Positions 1 to 14,000 of a DNA stretch of 64,000 bases are shown piece by piece. Location of the stretch: NCBI GenBank assembly GCA_043228905.1, contig JBHGNT010000018.1:9672001-9736000 (forward strand), in the 5' to 3' direction. The notes under the pieces are model-generated. The model made no database searches. It saw only the letters and a program-made list of their open reading frames with translations, and had not been told where the DNA came from. The first letter of the stretch is position 1; each line of letters begins with the position of its first letter. A program made the translations under genes and the position numbers. This DNA comes from Azolla caroliniana. Taxonomy: Eukaryota; Plantae; Polypodiophyta.

Positions 1-3000
1 AAAACACGGGCGGTCGTATCTTCGTGATTGGCGCAAACGTCTCATCGTAGTCGATGTCGTGTTTCTAGGCATAGCCCTTTGCCACTAACCGGGCCTTGTA
101 TCGGTTGACCGAGCCGTCGGTGTTGTAGTTGACCTTGTACACCGACCTACCTCCGATCCACTTCACACCCTTCGATGCATCAACCAGGTCCCAGGTCTCG
201 TTTTCCGCCAATGCGTGCATCTCTTCCTCCATCGCGGCGCGCCAATTCGCGTCCTTAGCCGCTTCTGCGTAGCTCTCCGGCTCACGCACTTCCACTACAC
301 GGGTCATGTACGCATAATGATGCGTCATGTACTCGTTGTATCCGAACCGCACAATTGGGTTCTTCTGGCGGGTAGATCGGCGTAATCGGTCATTAGCCAA
401 TATCGAGGTCTTCTCGGCCGACACGAACTTCACTCTTGAAGACCCGTCACCGCTTCCTTCGGAGTCGGACTCGCGTCGGTCTGACTTGTTCCTATCCGTT
501 CTGGAATTCAACACCTTCTTCTTCCCTTTTTCTTTGCGCGTAAGCCATCTCCTTGGCTTCCCGCGCGGGAAATGCACGGCCGAGTCTCCACTACTCACTG
601 TCTCTTCATTGGATTGGTCAAACCGACTCAGTCGTCCATTCAATCCACTTAACCGAAACGAAATCGGACTCTCTTCACGGGTCCCGATTTCAGGCTCATC
701 TGGAGGCATCTCAGTCTTGCTGACCTCATCGTCAGAGCTCGGATTAGAGTTGAGATCCGGAGACAGAGGCAAGTACCAGGACGCGGACTCATCAAACACA
801 ACGTCGCGGCTCACACACGCTTGTTTGGTGCGCGGGTTATAATACTTATAACTCTTCTGCTCGTCCAAGTAACCGACCAATATACATTTCTCGGCCTTTG
901 CGTCCAACTTCCTCCATTTCTCCTTTGGCACATGCACATACACAATGCTACCGAAAACTCATAAGTGTCGCAAGTTCGGCTTTGTTCCGAAATATAGCTC
1001 GTGCACCGAGACTTTTTCGCCAATCCAATTATGGATGTATACCGCGGTTCGTACTGCCTCGGCCCAGTAGAACTTGGGCAAGCTCTTCTCCGCCAGCATT
1101 GCCTGTGCCACTTCCACAACCGACCGATTTTTCCTCTCGGCCACACCGTTTTGCTCTGGTGTGTATCTACAACTGAATTCACGCCGAATTCCCATATGTT
1201 GTAAATAACCGTTGAATTGACCAGAAAAGTATTCTTTTCTGCCATTCGACCGCATGCACTTGATCTTTCTTCCTGTTTCCGTTTCCACGAACCCTTTGAG
1301 GTCCCAGAAACAGTCGAAGACTTCGCTCTTCCTCTCAATGAGGTAGATCAACATGTGCCACATGTAGTCGTCGATGAAGGAGACGAAATATCAGCTCCCG
1401 CCAAGACTAATGTTTTGTGTCGGACCCCACATATCGAAGTGTATCAAATCGAGCTTGTTCCGGCTCTAGTTATGCTTGTTGGGGAAAGGAAGTCGGTGTT
1501 GCTTCCCAAACTAGCAGGCTTCACAAATTTGTGCCTTCAGGCCACTAAATTTGGGCAATCCTAACACCACTTGTTTCGATTGCAGGTCTTGAAGCCGTTG
1601 GTAGTTGACGTGGCCTATCCACTTGTGCCATAAGTCGATGTCCGACTCGACTTTTTGTCCCTTCGCGAACATTGCAGTGCCACCATCAGTAGAGTCGAGG
1701 ATGAACATCCTCCCATCTCTGCGCCCTTGCGCAATAATACGGCCTTCTTCCTCAATGAAACACCCGAGGTGTGTAAACCGGACCTCCATCCCTTAGTCGA
1801 CGATCTGTCCAACCAACACCAAGTTCTTCGTGATTTTTGGGATGTGTAGCACGTTCATGAGTTTCCCTTTTTGCCCGACATGGCTCAGGGGAATTTCTCC
1901 GACATTCACGATCGGATGCGGAGTGTCATCTCCAATTACGACTACTCCTGGTTGCATCGGTTTTTCTAGGTACGAGAACCACTCCTTATGGCTCGTCATG
2001 TGATTTGACGCGCCAGACTCGACGTACCACACCTCATCCGATTTCGGGGTGGTCTGCTTCATTGAGTTTGCTTCGTGTCTCGTCACGAAGGTAGACCCTG
2101 GAAGTGTTGTCGACATCACTTCAATGCCTTCTTCCTTGATTCTGTCGGCCGCCTCCATTCCGCACCAACTCGCCTCGTCTGCCATGACCACGGGGCCTAT
2201 CTCCCTCCGTGTACAAAATCTTGTTGTCAGCATGCATGCTCCTTGACGCACCCGCGTGGTTCTCCTCTATAAGGAGCATCGACTGTAAGTCGAAAAATGA
2301 TGGCGTATTCTCCCGTGTACACACAGCAGTTCGGAACGCTCCGAACTTCGATGCCAAACCCCCGAGACAGACCTAGACCATCTCACTTTCCTCGATGTTC
2401 ACATCGATAGAAGTTAAGGAGTCGCATATGTCCTTGATCTTCGAGGTATAGTCAGCCACCAACAAATCGCGTTGTCGTAGGTTGCTCAGCTCCTGCCGGA
2501 GTTGAAGCTTCCTGGCTGTAGTGCTTGCGGCGAAAATCTTCCTCAGATTTCCCCAAGCATCCTTCGGCGTTTTCGCATCCCAAATGTAGCTTAAGAGCTG
2601 TTCGCCCACACAAGATGCGAAGCAGTACAGTACTCTGCTCGCCGACTGTTCCCAAGTCGGGAAGTCTTTGGGTGTCGACTCGACTGCTATGTCATTTGCT
2701 CTGTCGACATAGCTCCAATAACCGTGTCCGAGCAGGTACTGGTGCATCTTGTAAGACCAAGATGCATAGTTGTTTCTGTCGAGCTTCTCCATCGAAAGCG
2801 AGCTAGCCATTCCTCTATCCATCGGTTTTCTTGTTCTTCTTCGTTGGTTTTTCCTTCAAGCAAAGTTGGCTGCAAAGGTTCTCAACCCTCACGCTCTGAT
2901 ACCATGACAAGAATGGCGTGCGGAAGCAATATAGGAAACCGAACAACAGAAAACGCAGGTTTAATGGAAAGCTTAGGTTTGCATAGTACGCACGGGAGAG

Positions 3001-3246
3001 ACAGAGAGAGAGAGAGTAAACACACGAACTTTCAAAAATAATACTCAATCTGTATATACATCGTGCTCAATGAGCCTTGACACTTACTCCCAAAAACTAT
3101 TCCTTACGAGGAATATCTCTCTAACGGCCTTTCGGTTTACGCACCGATACGGCCTTCCTACGCACCGGTCTACGTACCGGTTTCCAACCGATCCGGTCCT
3201 CAGGTTGCTCAGACGATCTGGCCGATGTTGAGCTTGTCTCTCAACA
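1..3246 (-). mobile_element. Ty1/Copia LTR retrotransposon (family F), degenerate, runs off window start; 5' LTR 2905-3246
   Basis: tRNA-iMet PBS (GCTCTGATACCA, 2893-2904) abuts a TG..CA LTR that matches the LTR at 60193-60579; minus-strand ORF fragments in Copia order gag-PR-INT-RT. Confidence 0.92.
65..2822 (-). pseudogene. Fragmented Copia gag-pol
   Basis: Gag KLDRNNYASW; protease WYVESGASNHM; LWHKWIGH..CEAC; integrase YTPEQNGVAERKN; RT start [10 protein letters not shown]; several stops and frameshifts. Confidence 0.9.
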
Positions 3247-3471
3247 ATTCCCCATAAGGGGTTAAATAGGTACAAAGGGTTAGATACACAAGGGTGCAAG
3301 CCCCTTTGGCATTCACACCTAACCACTCACTCACACCTCTTTGTATCCATTACACTCACACTTACATTCACACTCATAATTGTATAACTTTACACATACA
3401 TATCAATACATTGCGTCTTTCACCCTCACGTATCACAATTATCAATCACCCGTACATCTCGTACGGTAACA
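3247..3471. mobile_element. Probable end fragment of an unclassified LTR
   Basis: CA-rich non-coding block ending TAACA that cuts the neighbouring Copia gag; no second copy in the window. Confidence 0.35.
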
Positions 3472-4862
3472 TCGATGAAGCACCGGATGTATGTCGCGTC
3501 TTCATGTGCATCACCTCCCACACCGTGGCATCGATCAAATCCAGTCTCTTGTCCCCGAACTAAACCGGCAACCAAAGATATTTAACCACTAGCATGTCCC
3601 TCATCTTCGACTTCCACACTGAATATTTGGAGCTAGTGAGCTTGAACATGTCGTCGAACAATTCTTCCATTTTCTGTGTTGCTCGCTCTGATACCAGTTT
3701 GAAGAGAATATGCGGAATAATGCTCGGCCACAACCGAGTCCTCAACTACTTCATTGAGAATTACAATCACAGAAATGGGAATGTGGAGATAGATGCACAT
3801 ATACCAAAACATTGAAAGAGAGTACACAAGAAAATGATTATACACAAAGATTACACTAATAAGTCACAGAGGCAATGACCTCGTGCTTTCAATCTTCGCC
3901 AACAGGCAGTTACAATAGAGATTGTTCAAGGTCTCTCTCTCTCTCTCTCTCTCTCTGTTACGCTTTGTACAACAGTTACACAAAATTACTCTTATGATGA
4001 TCTGCGACCACACCCTCATTAGTGTTTTCTCTAGGTCATATTTATACTAATATGACTTTCGGGCTATTTACAAATATACCAACAATGGGCTAACAAAAAC
4101 ATATTTACATCTATGTCCCTTCATCCAGTAAGAGGTTCTCACCGGGCCTGCGTCATCCGGTTCTCACCGGGTCTTCCTTGCCGGTGTCGTGTCGAAGCAT
4201 GTCGAATATAAGAGCTTGGCGTGTCCGGGCAGAACCGCTGGAGTTCTGAACCAGGAGAGTGGAAATAAGAAGATGGAAAAGAAGAGTGGGAAGTATCTCA
4301 ATAGTCACGAGTGGTTTGCAGCCCTAACTGTCAAGACAAAAACCCTTATATTGTTCCACCTACATAACCAAATTAAGTGCGTAAATACAGATTGGAAAGC
4401 CCTCTGGAATAGCTTTCCAACGAGCTATAGAACGTCAAAATTAGACGTCAGAATTGAGAGTTATCAAGAAAATACCGTACAACGCTACTCCTCAAACGCA
4501 GACGAAGAAGAAATGCCAAAATAGCAAATTCACTATTTCTTCGAGAGGAAAACCCTTTGATTGTTCCCCCCCCACCCCCACCCCCCCCCCCCCCATGACA
4601 ATAATCCTCCCCTCTTATACTAAATCAATACCATTACATGTAGGCCACGTGGCACACACCTAGAGAAGCTTGTGCATGTGCGCGATATAAAGCATGGGGG
4701 CCATGTGGCACACATGTAGAGAAACTTTGCATGTGCGTTATATGGTATACATGAAATACATTACATGGTTTTGACTCTACAACATTTGTTCCAAAATAAT
4801 GCAAATAAATCCCTAAGAACAATAATACTAAAGAACTTTGAGTCTAGAATGTAAATCAATTC

Positions 4863-5114
4863 CAATGAGTTGAATCAGGTGGATCTCCAAGGAGTGATGG
4901 GTCACCGAACCAAGTCGAGATGCGTGGTTGTAGTTGAGGCAAGTGTGGAATCGTGGTGGCACCAATCAGTCATATCCCTTTACAACATGCAATGAGTTGA
5001 ATCAAGTGGATCTCCAAGGAGTGATGGGTCACCGAACCAAGTCGAGATGTGTGGTTGTAGTTGCGGCAAGTGTGGAATCGTGGTGGCACCAATCGGTCGT
5101 ATCCCTTTACGACA
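4863..5114. repeat. 127-bp tandem duplication of the LTR terminus of element C (also at 14584-14835)
   Basis: CAATGAGTTGAATC...CCCTTTACRACA occurs twice, at 4863 and 4990. Confidence 0.9.
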
Positions 5115-5425
5115 TGCACCCCCTCCTAACCTACACATCCTACGGTATGTGCCAAGTGGAGAAAATTCCACCAAAGTCTTCTTTCATTTTATTTGAAGAT
5201 TTGATGCATGCCAATCATCTTCATTCAATTCCGGAATCGACATGAGACACATCTTCTCCCCTTCAAACTTCTCGTTTACTTTCTCTTCTAGATGAGTGTC
5301 ATGTGATGAAACTATCGTTACCGCTTCTAATTGGATACTGTTGGGAGACAGGCCCTTCCGGATGGGAAGGGAGAAGAACGGTGCTGATGAGCAAACTCGG
5401 CCAAGGCCGATAGGCCGAGGCCGAA

Positions 5426-5695
5426 ACCGGATGACGAGTACCTGGCTACGAAGAGCCGGATGGTGCACACCCGGTGAGAACCGGATGAGGAGTACCCGGC
5501 TACGGAGAGCCGGATGGTGCAGACCCGGTGAGAACCGGATGTGGAGTACCCGTCTACAGAGAGCCGGATGGTGCAGACCCGGTGAGAACCGGATGAGGAG
5601 TACCCGGCTACGGAGGGCCGGATGGTGCAGACCCGGTGAGAACCGGATGAGAAGTACCCGGCTACGGAGAGCCGGATGGTGAAGACCCGGTGAGG
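5426..5695 (+). repeat. 54-bp CCGG-rich minisatellite in the Copia LTR (about 5 units; about 4 units at 10285-10515)
   Basis: Unit GCCGGATGGTGCAGACCCGGTGAGAACCGGATGAGGAGTACCCGGCTACGGAGA; seen as 18-aa periodicity in spurious ORFs. Confidence 0.9.
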
Positions 5696-6186
5696 AGTGC
5701 TCACCGGATGAAGAGACATATTCGTAAATATGTTTCTGAGAGTCCATCGTGGCTATATTTGTAAATAGCCGAAAAGTCATATTAGTATAAATATGACTTA
5801 GGGCAAACTTTTGTTAGATAGTTGTCATTCTTGTTGGCGTGTAAGATCAGAGCGCGTAACCGTGTACAGAGAGAGAGACAAAGAGGTCATTGCCTCTGTT
5901 GTAACCGCCGCCTGTGGCGAAGATCGTGAGCACGAGGTCGTTGCCTCCGTGAACTCATTGTTGTACATTCTAACATAGTGATAGTTTGCAGCCTGTGGGC
6001 TGCCGTGGTTTTTTTCCCTTGTTTGGGGTTTTCCACGTAAACATCCTGTGTACTTTTCTCTTCTTTGTGTCGTGCATTCATTACCCATTTTTTTGTGTAT
6101 GATTCTAAGCTCGGTTGTGGCCGAGCGTTGCGCATAGGGAGAGTTTAGTTCCTGTCAAGTGGTATCAGAGTGAAACGACACAGAAA

Positions 6187-9100
6187 ATGGACGATTCGTT
6201 GGGAGGCATGTTCAAGCTCACCGGCTCCAACTATTCGGTGTGGAAGTCGAAGATGAGGGACATGCTCGTGGTTAAAGACCTCTGGCTGCCGGTTCAGTTC
6301 GGGGACAAGAGACCGGACAAAATCGACGCCACGATATGGGAGGTGACGCACATGAAGACAATGGCGTACATACGGTGCTTCATCAACATGAGCCTGTACA
6401 ACAACTTTAATGAAGAGAGCAAGGCTCATGAGCTCTAGGAGAAGATCGACATAATGTTTCAAAACAAAAATGTTGTTAATCAGTTTTCGGTATTCCGGAA
6501 GCTAGTAAGACTCCGGTACCAAGATGGCTCCAGTATGGCGGAGCACATGAATGTCTTCCAAGGGCTGATACACCAGGCAACATCATTGGAAGTACCTCTC
6601 GCCGACGAGGTACTAGCGCTACTCCTGCTCGGTTCCCTCCCGGATAGTTGGGAGACGTTGGTTGTCACTTTGGGTAACGCTGGGGCGGAAGGGAAACGGT
6701 TATCCCTAGCAAGAGTAAAGTCGAGCTTGCTAGATGAGGAGGCGCGTCAGAAAGATAAAGATACGAGCTCCTACCCCAAAGCGCTCCTTACCGAATCGGA
6801 ACGCGGAAGACAAAGAAACCGTAGTCCCCAGAACCGGGAAAAGTCGGGGACACGGTCAAAGTCAAGGGGAAGACCTACTTGCTTCTATTGCGGCAAGTCG
6901 GGACAATTCCAGAAGAACTGTCGGCATTTCCGAAAGGACAAGGAAACCGACGGTACCAATTCGAAGCGGATACCGAACCGGAACGGTAAAGACCGGAGGG
7001 GACCGGACCGGAAGGGGACGACGGCAATCGCGGGAAGTGAAGAAGAGTTGATGCTCATCACCGAGGAGAGTGAGATAAACCGTGTTGGCGACGAGATGAC
7101 CTGGGTGGTCGACTCCGGAGCGTCGTTCCACCTTACCCCGGACCGGAAATGCTTCTCATCCTACTCAGTCGGTGATCACGGCTGTGTCCGGATGGGGAAT
7201 GAAGGAACATGCCGAATTGTCGGCATAGGAGACGTGTGGCTGACAACACCAACCGAATGCAAGTTGCTGATGAAGGATGTCCGACACGTTCCGGAGGTTC
7301 GTCTGAACCTGATATCAGCCGGTCGGCTAGATGATGAAGGCTACACGGGTAGCATCCGGAACGGTGTCATGAAGTTCAGCAAAGGGAGCCTGATTGTGGC
7401 TCGGGCCCGGAAGGTAAACACACTGTACCTGATGAATGCCCAGTTATGTCCGGAAGAAGTGAACGTGGCATCCGACACTACCGGTGAGTTGTGGCACAAG
7501 AGGCTGTGTCACGTGAGCGAGAAGGGAATGAAGAGGCTTGCAGACGACAACCTCATTCTAGTGAAGAACGTGCACTTGGAGAAGTGCACTGATTGTCTGG
7601 CCGGTAAGCAAAACCGGACCTCCTTCCGACCAAGGCCACCGATGAGACGTAATGCACCATTGGAGTTGGTGCATACGGGTGTGTGTCAAGTAGACACGAA
7701 GTCACATGCCGGAGCGCAGTACTTCGTGACGTTCATAGATGACCACAGCCAGAAGCTGTGGGCCACACCGTTGAAGACGAAGGATCAGGTGCTATCCGTC
7801 TTCAAAGAGCTCCACGCGAGAGTGGAAAGAGAAACCGGCCGGAAGCTGAAGGCGGTTCGAGCAAATAACAGAGGAGAATACCGGGGGCAGTTCGAGGAGT
7901 ACTGCCGCTCGAAGGGAATCCTGCTCGAATTTACCATGCCGAAGACGCCGGAACTAAACGGGCTGGCCGAGAAGATGAACCAGACCATAATGGAGAGGGT
8001 CCGGAGTATGCTAGCACATGCAAAACTACCCAAGAAGTTTTGGGCTGAGGCATTGTCGACGGTGACATATGTGATAAATAGATCACCCTCAGTACCCTTG
8101 GACAGAGACACGCCGCAGAAAGTATGGACCGGTAAGGAAGTGTCCTACCGGCATCTCAAGGTGTTCGAGTGTCTCGCGTACGTGCATGTAGCTAAGGACC
8201 GGAGAGGAAAGTTAGATCCAAAGACCCGGCCATGCATATTCCTCGGTTACTGTGACGATGAGTTCGGCAACCGAATGTGGGACCTGGTCGACAAGAAGGT
8301 ATTCCGGAGTCGAGATATTATCTTCATGCAGGACAAGACGCTCGCCTACTGGGAGTCGGAGAAGAAGATAATGAACTCCGAGTCGACTGGTAAGGATCGA
8401 CTCTACGATGAGCAGACTCAACTGGCAAGAGACCGGTTAGCACTCGAGGGACCAACCGGTTACGGTGAGGATACCGAACAGGCTGAAGAAGAAGTAGAGG
8501 AAGCTGAAACCGAAACCGGCCAAGACCCCGAATCGGATTCAGATGAAGAGCAAATGGAGGAACCGGTTACCAAAGCCCGAAGACGGAGATATCCTCTCAG
8601 AGAGAGAAGGGCGCCCCGGAGATTTCTGGATGCAGAGCATGTTCTGCTGACCGATGAGGGGGAGCCAGAAAGCTTCGAAGAAGCGAAGGATGACACCCAT
8701 AGCCGCAAATGGTTAAGTGCCATGCAGGATGAGATGGATTCCCTGCATGAGAACCATACGTACGAATTGGTGGAGTTGCCGAAAGGAAAGCGGGCACTCC
8801 GAAACAAGTGGTACAAGTTGAAACCGGGAGATGCCGGCAACCCCCCGAGATACAAAGCCAGGATCGTGGTGAAGGGGTTCCAGCAGAAAAAGGGCGTGGA
8901 CTTTGACGAGATATTTGCCCCGGTAGTAAAGATGACCTCCATCCGGACGGTGCTGAGTATAGCAGCAAGCATGGACCTCAAGGTAGAGCAGCTGGACGTG
9001 AAGACAACATTCCTTCACGGCGACCTCGAAGAGGAGATCTACATGTAGCAACCGGAAGGATTTGTGGAGAAAGGGAAGGAGCACCTGGTATGCCGGCTGA

Positions 9101-10230
9101 AGAAGAGCCTGTACGGACTAAAGCAGGCTCCCCGACAATGGTACCGGAAGTTCGATTCCTTCATGACCGATCAAGGGTACCACAAGACGCAGGCCGATCA
9201 CTGCGTGTTTGTGAAGAAGTTCGAAGGAGGCGACTTCCTGATACTCCTTCTATACGTGGACGACATGTTGATCGTCGGACGAGACCAAGTCAAAATACGG
9301 ATGCTGAAGAAGACCCTCAACCGGACCTTCTCAATGAAAGACTTGGGTCCGGCAAGATAGATGTTGGGGATGCATATTATTCGGAACCGGTCAATGAAAC
9401 AATTATGGCTGTCATAGGAGAAGTACGTGACAAAGGTGCTTCACCGGTTCAACATGTCAGATGCAAAACCGGTCGGATCGACACTTCCGGCAAACTGCAG
9501 GTTATCCGGTAAGCAAAGCCCGAAGACAAAAGCAGAGAAGGCGGATATGATGGAGATTCCATATGCCTCTGCCGTCGGGAGCTTAATGTACGCAATGGTG
9601 TGTACCCGACCGGATATAGGATACGCAGTTGGAGTGGTGAGCCGGTTCATGAGCAATCCCGGCAAGGAGCACTAGAATGCGGTCAAATGGATACTCCGGT
9701 ATTTGAAGGGCACTTCAAATATTTGTCTCCGATTCGGCTCCGGAAAACCTCAACTTGACGGTTTCACCGATTCGGACATGTCGGCTGATGTGGATACCAG
9801 CCGGTCTACATCCGGGTATGTAATGACATATGCAGGGGGAGCTATCTCGTGGCAGTCGAGGCTGCAGAAGACGGTTGCATTGTCAACCACGGAGGTGGAG
9901 TACATGGCGGCTGTGGAAGCCGGCAAGGAAATATTATGGATGAAGGACTTCATCGAAGAGCTCGGTATCCGGCAAGATGAATACCGACTCTATTGCGACA
10001 GTCAAAGTGTCATCCTTCTTGCTAAGAATGCGGCCTACCATTCCAGAATGAAGAATATCCAGCAAAGATATCACTGGATCCGGGAAAGAGTAGATGACCA
10101 GGAGTTAGCACTGACGAAGATCCACACGGCCGAGAACGGGTCAGATATGCTGACCAAACTGCTGATACCCGACAAGCTGGATGCATGCCAGAAGAGGATC
10201 GGACTAGTAAGACACCCCATGCCGGAGTGA
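6187..10230 (+). pseudogene. Copia gag-pol with several in-frame TAG stops
   Basis: Zinc knuckle CFYCGKSGQFQKNC, PR VDSGAS, integrase, RT YVDD, RNase H TDSD; stops at 6436, 9046, 9358, 9673 from TGG/CAG to TAG. Confidence 0.93.
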
Positions 10231-11242
10231 AGGGGGAGTTTGTTGGGAGACAGGTCCCTCCCGATTGGAAGGGAGAAGAACAGTGCAGACCCGGTGAGAA
10301 CCGGATGACGAGTACCTGGCTACAGAGAGCCGGATGGTGCAGACCCGGTGAGAACCGGATGAGGAGTACCCGTCTACAGAGAGCCGGATGGTGCAGACCC
10401 GGTGAGAACCGGATGAGGAGTACCCGGCTACGGAGGGCCGGATGGTGCAGACCCGGTGAGAACCGGATGAGAAGTACCCGGCTACGGAGAGCCGGATGGT
10501 GAAGACCCGGTGAGGAGTGCTCACCGGATGAAGAGACATATTCGTAAATATGTTTCTGAGAGTCCATCGTGGCTATATTTGTAAATAGCCGAAAAGTCAT
10601 ATTAGTATAAATATGACTTAGGGCAAACTTTTGTTAGATAGTTGTCATTCTTGTTGGCGTGTAAGATCAGAGCGCGTAACCGTGTATAGAGAGAGAGAGA
10701 GAAAGAGGTCGTTGCCTCTGTTGTAACCGCCGCCTATGGCAAAGATCGTGAGCACGAGGTCGTTGCCTCCGTGAACTCATTGTTGTACATTCTAACATAG
10801 TGATAGTTTGCAGCCTGTGGGCTGCCGTGGTTTTTTTCCCTAGTTTGGGGTTTTCCACGTAAACATCCTGTGTACTCTACTCTTCTTTGTGTCGTGCATT
10901 CATTACCCATTTTTTTGTGTATGATTCTAAGCTCGGTTGTGGCCGAGCATTGCGCATAGGGAGAGTTGAGTTCCTGTCAGATACTTGTAGTTGCCATGAC
11001 ATGGACCACCTCTTCTTCAACATCTTCTTCCCAATTCGAATTAGCTTCCACAGATCGTTCATCTTGCAAAATGTCAAGAACGAGAGAGGCTCTTTGTTTA
11101 AAGAGTTTGATTCGTTTACCAGCAATCAGAATTCGAAGAAGAGTTCCATCAAATTTGACAAGATATATGTTTCATTTTGCCGGACTTCTACCACTCGATA
11201 CGGCCCAAACCATCGATGAGAGAATTTTCGAATAGATTTGTG

Positions 11243-13529
11243 TTAATGCTCAAGGTTACTATCAAACACCAAAACCCAATCTCCTTTTTCAATGGGAATA
11301 TTCCGAACTCGATGTCTCTTGTCAAATCGATCCTTATTCTTCAATCGAACTTCTTGTTGTTTCCTGGCAACTTCAGCTATATCCTCTGGCCTATTCTCTA
11401 ATTGCCAAATTCGAATAGCCAACAAATCTTCATGTTCCATCTGATCTTCCCAAGGTAAAACTGCCCAAGTGGGAATCATCTGCTCCGTAGGCATAATAGG
11501 CTTCTGAGTTATGAGTGACATCTATCAGCCCAAAGAGCATAAGGAAGCATGTCAGGCCACATAGAAATTCGGCCATCACATGTTTTGACCAAAGCTTTCA
11601 TAATCGGACCATGGCCCCTTTCCACTTTACCATTTCCCTCCGGATTATATGCAGTAGTCAAAGTCAATCGGATCCCAAATCTTTGGAAGAACATTTGAGC
11701 CTCATCTGAATCAAGCTCCCCTCGATCTGTTACAATCTGCCCAACATTACCATATCTACAAATTACATCCTTTAATAAAAACTTTAGAATGGCCGATGCA
11801 GACTTGTTTCGGAGAGGTCTTCCTTCCACTTGGTTGGACAAATCCTCTCGAGTAAGAACCAAGTATTTCATTTGATTTCGACCAGAGGACATATGAACTA
11901 TATCCACCATCCACTTATAATGCAACACAGGTGAGTACGTCAGATGTAGCTCATCTCTCACCCTATAATCAGAATACATTTGACATTCAATGCATGATTC
12001 CACATATCTTTGGATATCTGCATACATTCCCGTCCACCAATACCGATCCTTAATCTTCGAAAATGTGTTGACCACTCCTTTATGTCCAGCCCAATGACTA
12101 TCATGAAAATAAAAAATAATCTTATCTTTCTGAACCTGTAAACCGATAGCTCGAGTTGGAGGATCCTTAACTTTCTTTGCAAGTCTCCAAAGATATCCAT
12201 CCTTCAAGAGAAACCTATAAGCCTTCTTCCTGAATAGCCGAAAATCCTTTGGTGTCCAATCAGGGCTTCCTTCTTGTGCTTGTAGGAATTTCCCGATTTG
12301 CAATAGCTCTCCTTCATATTCCTTCTCTCTAAATTCAGGCACCGCTTGTTCCCATTCAGTCCGCATCCGGAATGTTGGAGATGACTTCTTGGATACTTGT
12401 ATAGGGTTTGGTTCAGCCTTTTGCATGTCCAAATTTTGTTTTTCGGATGGAGAATGAAAATCAGCCCTCTTTAGAACTCGTTCACGATCAAACTCTTCCT
12501 CTCTTCTTCTCTTCTCCTCTACCATCACATCATAATTTGTGGGAAAAGTTGGATCACTCCAACCAGTCCTTTGACAACCATCTTCAATAAGAACAGTTTG
12601 AATCGTTGGATCTTGCTTGGGCAATTCAATTAGTCGAATAACAACCGAAGTAGAATGGAAAATAGCTTGTGCATGTCGAAGCTCTTCTTCCTCCAAGAGC
12701 TTTTTCATTCCTCCTCGCCCAAAATTAGTCTTTAGTGGTTGACGAGTCACGGATGAGTGGATCAACCGATCCTTGTAGAATATGAGGTTCTTCTGCATCG
12801 CCTCCTAATGCTCCGCACACTCCGATCTTCGATGCTCCAAACTGTTACACCATAGGCATCGAAAATCCCTAGTCGAAAGAGTTTGTTGCACTTGTGACTG
12901 ATGTTGACCCTTCGACATGGAAGAAATCTTCCACTCCATGAATTGCTTCACTAAGTCATCTATGTCACTTGGTTGTGGTTTCTCCATAGATGCCTCAATC
13001 CTTGTTCCTGTCTTCAAAGAGGAGGTCAAAGTAGCGTCTCCAAGTCACTTCGAGCCCAACCATGTTCTTCTTTTCTCATATCGAAGGCAGATGGACTGAA
13101 TTCGACTCCAGTCCTCCTCTAAACCTGTCTCAATTTCACTTGATTCCTTAAGTTTTCCTAGCTCTACCCTATCCGCATAAGGAACCGAGCGAAGGAAGAG
13201 AACCACCTTCTCTGTGGTTCAAGCAAAGTTTGCTCCCAAACTGAGAGTTGTCAGAACTTTGCTTCAAAATCAGTAAGGGTCTCTAGAACTGACCCATGCT
13301 TCTTGTCCAACTCCACCCAAGCTTCAAGTGCCCACCGAGTCATCTTGGTGGAATCAGCATAATTAAAAACACCGAGCAAATCACGACGGAATGCCTCCCA
13401 TTCAACATCTTGTGTTTGAAGCTCTTCTATGATAGGACGAACATCAGCAACTACCACACGATGGAAGTTGGATTTCTTCAAATCAGCGGGAATATTGCGA
13501 TGTAACATCTCCACATCGAACACCTGCAA
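11243..13529 (-). pseudogene. Gypsy C gag and integrase remnants, including a 429-aa gag-tail/integrase fusion ORF (11509-12798)
   Basis: CLWCNSLEHRRSEC knuckle; TGWSDP gag motif; HDSHWAGHKG..CIEC, WMVD and AYNPEGNGKVER integrase motifs, collinear with element A proteins. Confidence 0.88.
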
Positions 13530-14000
13530 AAATTAGGTCACATCCTTTCTAGTGAATGGACCTAACTTCTCTAATACCCCATCCACAACTCAATCTAGGT
13601 TCGGACTCCTCTCCCTCCCTGTGAGAACAGCTTCTAGAATTGATTGAAGTTGTGCTACATCCATGTTAGAAGAGGTAAAATCCCAAAGAACTCACTCTCC
13701 TTGCCGCTCGTTTTCACGTCGGGTTCACCACATGTCGTGTCGACGCAAAAACCCTTATATTGTTCCACCTACATAACCAAATTAAGTGTGGAAACACAGA
13801 TTGGAAAGCACTCTAGAAGAGCTTTCCAACAAGCTATAGAACGTCAAAAACAGACGTCAGAATTGAGAGTTATCAAGAAAATACCGTACAATGCTACTCC
13901 TCAAACGCAGACGAAGAAGAAATGCCAAAATAGGAAATTCACTATTTCCTCGAGAGGAAAACCCTTTACAAAATAGGACTCTTTGATTGTCCACCCCCCC

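Larger units (their letters stand above)
5339..10979 (+). mobile_element. Full-length degenerate Ty1/Copia nested in element C; LTRs 5339-6157 and 10241-10979
   Basis: TG..CA LTRs; GATAC TSD (5334-5338, 10980-10984); PBS TGGTATCAGAG 6160-6170; PPT GAAGGGGGAG before 10241. Confidence 0.96.

Noticed and set aside
5184-5780. ORFs with 18-aa repeats (PGLHHPALRSRVLLIRFS), also 10022-10600
   Set aside because: Translation of the 54-bp LTR minisatellite, open in several frames on both strands
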